Shown: positions 9,069-16,631 of the stretch, piece by piece | Layout of the letters: each line of letters starts with the position of its first letter | Numbering within the stretch: the stretch's first letter is position 1 | Source: a bacterium | GTDB lineage: Bacteria; RBG-13-61-14; DATKZS01 | Assembly: GCA_963674965.2 (NCBI GenBank) | Contig: CAXXFL010000005.1 | Location: forward strand, 544,001-608,000 | DNA: 64,000 bases | Direction of reading: 5' to 3' | The notes under the pieces: model-generated | Databases searched by the model: none | Told to the model about the DNA's origin: nothing | The model's input: the letters and a program-made list of their open reading frames with translations, nothing else | Made by a program: the position numbers and the translations under genes

Positions 9069-11279
9069 GTGTTGATGACGGCGCGCGCGAATCTTGTCGG
9101 GCTTACATTGGCCCTGGTATTATCCCTTCCCCTCTCGAGCCGGGGGGGGGAGGACTATTCCTACCGCTTTCTCTGGCCCGCGGACGTGGGGCTGCCGGGG
9201 CAGGACCTGATCGAGCTTTCCCCACAAGCCGGGGAGAGCGGGGAGGATGACACTCCCCTTGGCCGGATGAGTACCCGGTCCTTTTCCCTTTTGGACCAGT
9301 CAGGCCAGGCCGCGGCCCGGACCACCATATTGACGCCGGAAAAGGACGACCTCATTATCTTCAAGACGGAGATATTGAAGACCATCCCCTCGCCCGCGGG
9401 CAAGTTCGAAAATCCTCATTTCGGGCTTCCCTCGATTCGGCCGACGAAGAAGTACGGCAACGTGCTCAGCTTCAGGGTCGAGGAGTTCGTGACCCCCCTT
9501 CGCTACGCCGTTCCCACCACCGGTCCCGCGGTGGCCTACTCGGACGACCTCGAGGTCCTGATCATAAGTCCCCTCGATAATTTCATGGACGCCCTCCAGG
9601 CCCCGAAAAAAGGAGAGTGGCTCTGCGGCTTCGGGGGTCTCAATAAAAAGATTCCCGCCGGGACAGTGAACTGGACCATGGTCGTCACCGGCCGGGGCTT
9701 CAACGCGACCTTCATGAAATGGGGGCAATACATACAGGGCTGGCACGGCCATAAAACGGTCGATCCCTACGCGGACGTCGCCTTGAGCTATATCGGCTAC
9801 TGGACCGACAACGGGAGCTACTACTATTACCGGACCGAGCCGGGCATGAACTATCATCAGACCCTTCTGGCGGTCAAGGAGTACGCCCTTTCCGAGGGTA
9901 TCCCCTACGCTTATTTCCAGATCGACTCCTGGTGGTATCCCAAGGGCGTCATCGACCTGAAATCCTCCCACGACCGGGGCGGGTTCATGCTTTGGGAGCC
10001 CAACGCGGACATGTTCCCCCAGGGCCTCGAGTCCTTCCATGAGGAGCTGGGCCTGCCCCTGGTGGCCCACAACCGCTACATGGCCGACGAGAGCCCTTAT
10101 TGCGATAAGTACGGGTGCGTCTATCACGACGGGGACAAGCGGCGGGGAGCCGCTCCGGCGGACATGGCCCTGTGGGACGAGATCATGGACAACGCCGTGA
10201 AGTACGGCGTCGAGGTCTACGAGCAGGACTGGCTTTACACTCACATGGACATGGTCCCCTGGATGAGGGAGGACCTGGGAAACGCGGCCTCCTGGTACGA
10301 CGCCATGGCGGAGGCGGCCGGGAAGCGGGGACTTACCATCCAGCTTTGCATGGCCTCGCCCGAGTTCCTGCTCCAGCAGCTAAAGCACCCGGCCGAGACT
10401 CACGTTCGGACCTCCCACGACTACAAGGGCGGTCTGCCCAAGGCCTTCTTCTGGATGCCCTTCCACAAGACCGGGCTTTACGCCTGGGCCGTTGGTCTCT
10501 GGCCCTTCAAGGACAACTTCCAGAGCACGGTGGGCCAGAAGACGACCTATCAGCTCATCCCCGAGGGCAACCCCATGGAGGAGGCCCTGGTGGCGGCCCT
10601 CTCCGGCGGGCCGGTGGGGCCATCGGACGGGATCGGAGGGTCCGACGCGAGCCTCATCATGCGGACCTGCCGCTCGGACGGACTTCTGCTCAAGCCCGAC
10701 CGCCCGGCCACGCCCATCGACGTCATGTTCCTCATCAACAAGAACATCTTCACCGGCGGCAAAAAGCCCTGGGTGGTCACCACCGAGAGCGAGCACGAGA
10801 TCGGCAAGACCACTTACCTCGCGTCCTTCAACCTCTGGCCCCAGAGCGCCTACCAGCCGTGGGTCACCTTCGAGGAGGCGGGCATCTCGGGTCCCCACCT
10901 GGTCTACGACTACCGGGACGCCGCCAGCCGGGTCGAGGACGAGAAAGTCCACTTCGGCTACATGAAGCCCGAGGAGGGCGCCTATTACGTGCTCTGCCCC
11001 ATCCTCGACAACGGCATGGCCTTTTTGGGGGAGGCGAAAAAATTCGTGACCGCCAGCTCGAGGCGCTTTCCCTCCATAGTCCTGGAGCACGGCGAGTTGA
11101 TCGCCGAGGTGGAGGGCGTCCCCGGCGAGGAAGTGGTCCTGACCGTCTTCGCCCCCGGCGGCCTCTCCGAGCTCGAGGGCGACGGCGTCCAAAAGGACGG
11201 CCCGGTACAAGCCGGCGACCTTTCCTCCTTCACCGTCGTTTTGCCGGACTCGGGCAGGACGAAGGTAAGGATGCGCTGA
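9069..11279 (+). CDS. Secreted putative glycoside hydrolase (clan GH-D/Sip1-like TIM barrel), uncharacterised
   Basis: Signal peptide; YWTDNGSYYY, YFQIDSWWY, YEQDW, QLCMA, RTSHDY and ALSGGPVGPSD motifs; GGGAGG RBS. Confidence 0.6.
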   Translation: MLMTARANLVGLTLALVLSLPLSSRGGEDYSYRFLWPADVGLPGQDLIELSPQAGESGEDDTPLGRMSTRSFSLLDQSGQAAARTTILTPEKDDLIIFKTEILKTIPSPAGKFENPHFGLPSIRPTKKYGNVLSFRVEEFVTPLRYAVPTTGPAVAYSDDLEVLIISPLDNFMDALQAPKKGEWLCGFGGLNKKIPAGTVNWTMVVTGRGFNATFMKWGQYIQGWHGHKTVDPYADVALSYIGYWTDNGSYYYYRTEPGMNYHQTLLAVKEYALSEGIPYAYFQIDSWWYPKGVIDLKSSHDRGGFMLWEPNADMFPQGLESFHEELGLPLVAHNRYMADESPYCDKYGCVYHDGDKRRGAAPADMALWDEIMDNAVKYGVEVYEQDWLYTHMDMVPWMREDLGNAASWYDAMAEAAGKRGLTIQLCMASPEFLLQQLKHPAETHVRTSHDYKGGLPKAFFWMPFHKTGLYAWAVGLWPFKDNFQSTVGQKTTYQLIPEGNPMEEALVAALSGGPVGPSDGIGGSDASLIMRTCRSDGLLLKPDRPATPIDVMFLINKNIFTGGKKPWVVTTESEHEIGKTTYLASFNLWPQSAYQPWVTFEEAGISGPHLVYDYRDAASRVEDEKVHFGYMKPEEGAYYVLCPILDNGMAFLGEAKKFVTASSRRFPSIVLEHGELIAEVEGVPGEEVVLTVFAPGGLSELEGDGVQKDGPVQAGDLSSFTVVLPDSGRTKVRMR

Positions 11280-11344
11280 CCTTTTTATAACGGCGTGTTT
11301 CAGGGATAATAATCGGGTGATCGAAACGAAAATGGAGGAGTAAG

Positions 11345-12100
11345 ATGAAAGTTAAAATCATGCCTTGTCTCGACATGGAGAAGGGCAGGGTCGTAAAGGG
11401 AGTGCATTTCGTGGACATTCGGGACGCGGGCGACCCCGTCGAGTGCGCTATCGCCTATTGCGACGCGGGCGCGGACGAGTTGGCCCTTCTCGACATCACG
11501 GCCACTGTGGAGGGCAGAAAAACGATGCTCGAGGTCGTCCGGAAAGTCTCGGCGGCGGCCACCGTGCCTTTCACCGTGGGCGGCGGCATTTCCGACGTGA
11601 AAAGCGCGGGCGCGGTCCTCGAGGCCGGGGCGGATAAAGTTTCAACCTCCAGCGCGGCCTTCCGCAAGCCCGAGGTAATAGCGGAAATGGTAAAGGAGTT
11701 CGGCGCGGACAAGATTACCGTGGCCATCGACGTGGACAGGAACGATTCCCTGCCCTCGGGCTATGAGGTTTACATCGACGGGGGAAGAACGGCCACGGGG
11801 TCCGACGCCATCGAGTGGGCCAAGCGGGTCAAAGACTTCGGCGTCGGCTGCGTTCTTCCCACCAGCAAGGCCACCGACGGGGTGAAGACGGGATACGACC
11901 TCCCCCTTATCCGCAAGGTAAAAGAGGTCTCCTCGGCGCCGGTGGTGGCCTCGGGAGGAGCGGGAGAACTCGAGCATTTCCACCAGGCCATCGAGGCCGG
12001 CGCGGAAATACTGCTCGCGGCCAGCGTCTTCCATTTCAATATTATAAAAATTGGGGAACTGAAAAAGTTCCTGAAAGGAAAAGGGCACGAGGTATCGTAG
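11345..12100 (+). CDS. hisF: Imidazole glycerol phosphate synthase cyclase subunit HisF (stand-alone)
   Basis: IMPCLD..GRVVKG, ADELALLDITA, VGGGI, ASGGAG and AASVFH motifs. Confidence 0.88.
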   Translation: MKVKIMPCLDMEKGRVVKGVHFVDIRDAGDPVECAIAYCDAGADELALLDITATVEGRKTMLEVVRKVSAAATVPFTVGGGISDVKSAGAVLEAGADKVSTSSAAFRKPEVIAEMVKEFGADKITVAIDVDRNDSLPSGYEVYIDGGRTATGSDAIEWAKRVKDFGVGCVLPTSKATDGVKTGYDLPLIRKVKEVSSAPVVASGGAGELEHFHQAIEAGAEILLAASVFHFNIIKIGELKKFLKGKGHEVS

Positions 12101-12129
12101 AACGACTTGGAATACGCGTCAGATATGGG

Positions 12130-12180
12130 TTGCCGCGGGGTGGCCCATCCACTTTCACAAAATGCATGGGTGGCGCAGCC
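12130..12180 (+). repeat. REP-like palindrome, family A (truncated)
   Basis: TTGCCGCGGGGTGGCCCATCCA...TGCATGGGTGGCGCAGCC, similar to copies at 13309 and 26488. Confidence 0.7.
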
Positions 12181-12630
12181 TTAAAGTGGGTTGCGAGTTT
12201 TACTTCCAGGTTGCACTTGTTCGCTATAAGTTTTTCCTCCGCAGGCATATAATAAAGTGTCGCCATTCATAATGTATAAATCTCCAGTAAAAGGAGCGGG
12301 GCATGTATTTTGTGATGAGGTTAAGACACATTCCGAGCCATCAGAATTTTTCATTGTGATTTTCACTTTAGAAAATTTATCGTTAAGCACTTTCATTTTA
12401 ACTATTTGTTCATGATCCCACTTTCGATAAGTTCGGATATCAAACTTTTCGTCAAAGTCAAAGTCCCAATCAATAATAAAATACCGATAAGTAGTATAAA
12501 ATCGCTTATCGACCAATCCATCGCCATTAGTGTCCAATTTAATAAATTGGTAACAAACAAAAGGTAAAATAAATATTATTACAAATATGCCGATCAAGAA
12601 GGCCAGAATTAATTTTACGCTATTCTTCAT
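12181..12630 (-). CDS. Hypothetical protein (N-terminal TM, DTNGDG/DFDFD Ca-binding-like motifs), AT-rich
   Basis: Intact ORF with hydrophobic N-terminus; start ATG 12630 or GTG 12642. Confidence 0.6.
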   Translation of the reverse strand: MKNSVKLILAFLIGIFVIIFILPFVCYQFIKLDTNGDGLVDKRFYTTYRYFIIDWDFDFDEKFDIRTYRKWDHEQIVKMKVLNDKFSKVKITMKNSDGSECVLTSSQNTCPAPFTGDLYIMNGDTLLYACGGKTYSEQVQPGSKTRNPL

Positions 12631-12736
12631 CTCTATTACCACCCAGCCTTGAGAAGCTTATAGCGGCATACCCGTCTCGCTTCGCGAGATCCAAACGGTT
12701 TTTGCAAACCGAATGGCCCACCAGCCCACCAATGGG

Positions 12737-13294
12737 TTACCCCTTCTTTCTCCTCTCCAATTCATTCTCGACCTCCTGGAGTCTTCTCCTGCAATAGGGC
12801 ATTGTCCTATTATCCTTCAGCCAGCCCGTATAATACTCAACAAGCGTCCGCAACTCGATCTCGGACAGACCGCGCAAAGGCTTATCCACGATTTGATAAT
12901 CGAAACCGCCAAGGTCGCTTTCGTTTTCAATCCGGTGAAATTTATCCAACGCGGCTGGAGGTTGAATGGACGCCACCTCGAAAATAGTCTTGTCTAAAGA
13001 AGTCCCGCCTACTATTTTAAGATACTCGTCCACGCATTCGGAATCGATCATAATTTTCCCCGAACCCGCCCAATGCCTGTTCCGCTCATTCCGCTTGACG
13101 CCGGATATCCAGTATTCGTCCCCCGTCTCAAGGTCGAAATAGTTCGAGTAATAGCCCTGGCCGCCTTTTTTGAAAGCCTTGCCGTTGAAGTAAACCGTTC
13201 GCCCGGACTTGGAAAAACCGGCCCTGCCGATCCAGGCCGGGCCATTGTCGTTGTAGCCGGATTTCAACTCGATATACATGATTCTTGTTTGCAC
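12737..13294 (-). CDS. Conserved hypothetical protein (MYIELKSG...AWIG...YWISG..RHW type)
   Basis: Intact 185-aa ORF; N-terminal ~110 aa resembles a small widespread family of unknown function. Confidence 0.7.
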   Translation of the reverse strand: MQTRIMYIELKSGYNDNGPAWIGRAGFSKSGRTVYFNGKAFKKGGQGYYSNYFDLETGDEYWISGVKRNERNRHWAGSGKIMIDSECVDEYLKIVGGTSLDKTIFEVASIQPPAALDKFHRIENESDLGGFDYQIVDKPLRGLSEIELRTLVEYYTGWLKDNRTMPYCRRRLQEVENELERRKKG

Positions 13295-13308
13295 GTTTTA
13301 GCCAACCT

Positions 13309-13518
13309 TTGCCGCAGGGTGGCCCATGCATTTTCCCAAAATGCATGGGTGGCGTAGCCGCGGGTTGAGCATTGATATTTTCTAATTCAAGCGCGTTTTT
13401 AACCTTATCCACTTCAAAAAGGGCCTTTCAATACGATTAGCGTCAGAAGCGTTCAGCCCGCGGCTTCGCCGCCCACGCAATATTGAAGACAATATTGCAT
13501 AGATGGGCCACCCAGCCC
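13309..13518. repeat. Inverted pair of family A REP-like palindromes (REPIN-like doublet)
   Basis: GGGTGGCCCATGCA...TGCATGGGTGGCGTAGCCGCGGGTTGA at 13317-13368 and an inverted copy at 13453-13518. Confidence 0.75.
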
Positions 13519-13519
13519 G

Positions 13520-16411
13520 TTATGACCATTCTACGTTGAAATGATCGACTTGATCTAGCATATACAACTCCGCAAGATTTCTTAAGGCTCTCATATAGTT
13601 GTTAAATTTATTTTTTTTCTGATCTATCTCCGCGTATTGGTAATTAGAGCCTTTACAGTCATATGAATTCTCCTCAATATCGTGCCGGATCTTTTCAAAG
13701 ATGTCTTTATTTAAGTTGAGTTGATTCCTGATCGGTTCAATTTGGATGCCTTTTGAATCGTTTATTTTTGCAGTAATCTGTCCACACAGGTCAGAGCACC
13801 TCTTTAGATTGAATCGAAGCGACGAGTTATTAGGAGCGGGGGATTTCAAAAGGTTTTGAATTTCATTTTCAAATGTAGTTAGCCTTTTAATATCGTTTTT
13901 AATATCTGGAACCTCCTTGATCGTGTCAAGTTTTTTATTGAAAATATCACAGAATAATCCGCTTCCAAGAAATACGATATCTTTTACGCTGTATTTCATA
14001 GTATCCTCAATCTGTTTAAAGTTACGGTAGAAGTCCTCAGGCCTAAACTGTTTTTCAGCGACCAGACTTTTCAACTTTTTATTGTTTTTGGTAAGTTTGT
14101 CAATCTCTTGAATAGTTTCAAAGTCATAATTTTTCTTAAGATAATTGTTATATTCCTCAAGCGCGTCAATTGCAGTTGTTCTTATTTCACGATAGATGTA
14201 TAGATTGTCCCTGACGCCATAAGTCCAAAAGTAAGTGTCTTCAGCTTCATTTATTAGATTACATACTCGATTAACGTTGTCAGTGATTTCGTCTCTGTAA
14301 TATTTCCTTTTATTTTCGCTTGTTTCGGTGAACATATATTTATTTACAACTCTTTTCGCCGTGGGCGCCAACTTGGCCACGGATTTGTATAATATTTCCA
14401 AGGTATGCATAACGTTACCTTGTATGCGATGGTCGGGTGCTGGAACAATACCAGTTGAATTTTTCCAATAAAGTATCTGCTTTCTTTCCGTCTCGAGCAT
14501 TTCACCCATGATTTCGCAATATAGGTCAAGCCTTTTATTGAAATTCAGTCGTTCCGCTCTTCTGTCAGGGAATAAAGAAACTTTGCTTCCCCATAAATAT
14601 TCAAAAGTATTGATCAATTGCTGAACATAAAGGCGGCCGTGTTCGGATATGCAGGCGTCTATAGAGATAGCTTCCTCCAAACTTTTTATTTCTGAGTTTT
14701 TGCTTAGCCAAATGAGCCTCTGCCAAGGATCACGGACATTATTTAGTGACCTGATGGTTAAATCGGATGGAATGCCGTGAAATCCAAGATATTTGATCAA
14801 ATCGTAAACGTTGCTTCTGCCCGGTAATAAATATTTAAGCAAGTATAATTTTGTAAGGCTGGGGACGGTATAATTTTTGCCTATTTCAACTGGCTTGAAA
14901 ACTTCAACGGTGTGAGAGGATAAGGCGTTTTTATAATCAAACATGAGGGGTTTGACTAGCTCAACGTATCTCGTTAACTTAAAATATGATTCATCGTTGG
15001 TCAGTATTTGATCAACGGCGGCTTTCAACTGCTCATTGGATGTATATAATCGTTCTATAAATGAAACCGCGTTTCTAAGGGCGTAACGAGCGCTCGTGCC
15101 AACGTGGGAATCGAAACATAACGCCAATTCCTTCTCCATATCTTCGGGGATTTCGATCCTTAGGAATTTCTTATTTTCCTCATGGATCCAATTTCCTGAA
15201 TTATATTCATCGACTAGGGGCTTACTCATGCCTTGTTTTAATATGCGACTGAACACAACGCAAGTCGCCATTAAATGATTGTACTCTTTCACATCGGATT
15301 TTGTGCCGCATGTTTGATGAATGTCATAGAGTAATTGGTCCCTGTTTTTGTTAAATAGATTACTTTTAAGTCTTTTGAAAAGCATATCAAAGCAGTTCGG
15401 GCTATAATGGGCGACACAATTCACTATACCTGTAAATCTATCATCAATGTCAATTGCACTCGGCCTAATGGGAATAATGATTTTAAATTGGCGACATTGA
15501 CGAAATTTTCGAGAGATATCCTGGACTAACTTTTCAATGGTTTTTGTTCTCAACGGGTCAAGATTGTCAATTATTATAACGTTTCTTCCATTAGACGATA
15601 AGCAATTTCTAGCTGAATAACTTGCGAGCGCGGAAGCAAGAGTTCCAAGGTCATCGCTATTCAAACCGCTCAATTTTAACGTCCAATTATTAAAATAAAC
15701 ATTCAATGTACTGATAATATTTGCTATATTATCGCTGGAAGGGGATATATCGCAAATAATCTCATCAATTCGATCGATCCCAAGCAATACGTCAGGAACA
15801 TTCAGGTCCGATTGCGTATTGAACCACCAAAACAAGTCTGAAAACGTTATCGCGAGTTTTAGTTTCGTTATCTCTTGAGATGTCAATTCTTTGACATCTT
15901 TAGTATCTTTATGGCAAGAGCACCACCAGTTATTTAAAATCATTTCCTGAAGCTTCTGATTTATTGATTTATAGATTTTCTTTTTTGATTCAGAAAGCGA
16001 CGTTTCTTCATCAAAATTATTGCAACAGATATAAAGAGGTTGTTTATAGCAACTAGGCATCGAGCATTCACACATAATATGGTCAGTCGGTGAATCATTA
16101 TTTTCGGTTGAATTGGTAAATAGGTCCATAATATGTTTGGCCGTGGCGGTTTTCCCCCCACCTATCCCGCCTACTACCAAATAAATATTCGACTTTTGTT
16201 TGTTCATCTGAAAGACGGATTTTATTAAGTCCTCATAATCGCTGTACCCAAGGTCAGTATAATCTAAAAATTGTAGCTCATCTTTATAATATTCAATTTT
16301 TCTTGTCCCTTTGGTATAATCTTCGTCCGTTGGCTGACCGTCCGCAAATACAACGTTCTCTAAAAAATACTTAACTCGGTTTGCCGATGACTTGAAATCG
16401 AAATTATCCAT
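13520..16411 (-). CDS. Large AT-rich P-loop NTPase-domain protein (KAP/STAND-like), possible defence protein
   Basis: Walker A VVGGIGGGKT, Walker B VIIIDNLD; GGAGG RBS before ATG 16411; GC far below flanks. Confidence 0.7.
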   Translation of the reverse strand: MDNFDFKSSANRVKYFLENVVFADGQPTDEDYTKGTRKIEYYKDELQFLDYTDLGYSDYEDLIKSVFQMNKQKSNIYLVVGGIGGGKTATAKHIMDLFTNSTENNDSPTDHIMCECSMPSCYKQPLYICCNNFDEETSLSESKKKIYKSINQKLQEMILNNWWCSCHKDTKDVKELTSQEITKLKLAITFSDLFWWFNTQSDLNVPDVLLGIDRIDEIICDISPSSDNIANIISTLNVYFNNWTLKLSGLNSDDLGTLASALASYSARNCLSSNGRNVIIIDNLDPLRTKTIEKLVQDISRKFRQCRQFKIIIPIRPSAIDIDDRFTGIVNCVAHYSPNCFDMLFKRLKSNLFNKNRDQLLYDIHQTCGTKSDVKEYNHLMATCVVFSRILKQGMSKPLVDEYNSGNWIHEENKKFLRIEIPEDMEKELALCFDSHVGTSARYALRNAVSFIERLYTSNEQLKAAVDQILTNDESYFKLTRYVELVKPLMFDYKNALSSHTVEVFKPVEIGKNYTVPSLTKLYLLKYLLPGRSNVYDLIKYLGFHGIPSDLTIRSLNNVRDPWQRLIWLSKNSEIKSLEEAISIDACISEHGRLYVQQLINTFEYLWGSKVSLFPDRRAERLNFNKRLDLYCEIMGEMLETERKQILYWKNSTGIVPAPDHRIQGNVMHTLEILYKSVAKLAPTAKRVVNKYMFTETSENKRKYYRDEITDNVNRVCNLINEAEDTYFWTYGVRDNLYIYREIRTTAIDALEEYNNYLKKNYDFETIQEIDKLTKNNKKLKSLVAEKQFRPEDFYRNFKQIEDTMKYSVKDIVFLGSGLFCDIFNKKLDTIKEVPDIKNDIKRLTTFENEIQNLLKSPAPNNSSLRFNLKRCSDLCGQITAKINDSKGIQIEPIRNQLNLNKDIFEKIRHDIEENSYDCKGSNYQYAEIDQKKNKFNNYMRALRNLAELYMLDQVDHFNVEWS

Positions 16412-16631
16412 GCCGCCTCCCATTAAATTGATGAAAATTAAGTCCTGATAAAATCACAATGCCATAATGAGTATAAATATAATTCTATTAAACAGCAGCA
16501 TAAACATATAACAATATAATCACCATTGTCAAGTACAGGATTGAACATCTTCAACGTTATAAAGGAGAATTACGGCGCCGTATTGCCTACTAGCGCTATG
16601 TCGCCCGCGGGGGCGCTTGTACGATGGATAT

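Noticed and set aside
12737-13294. Enzyme name such as DXP synthase, which I recall being attached to similar proteins
   Set aside because: Too short and lacks TPP-binding motifs; left as hypothetical.
12100-16570. Classical integron cassette array
   Set aside because: No RYYYAAC...GTTRRRY attC structures found between the genes and no intI.
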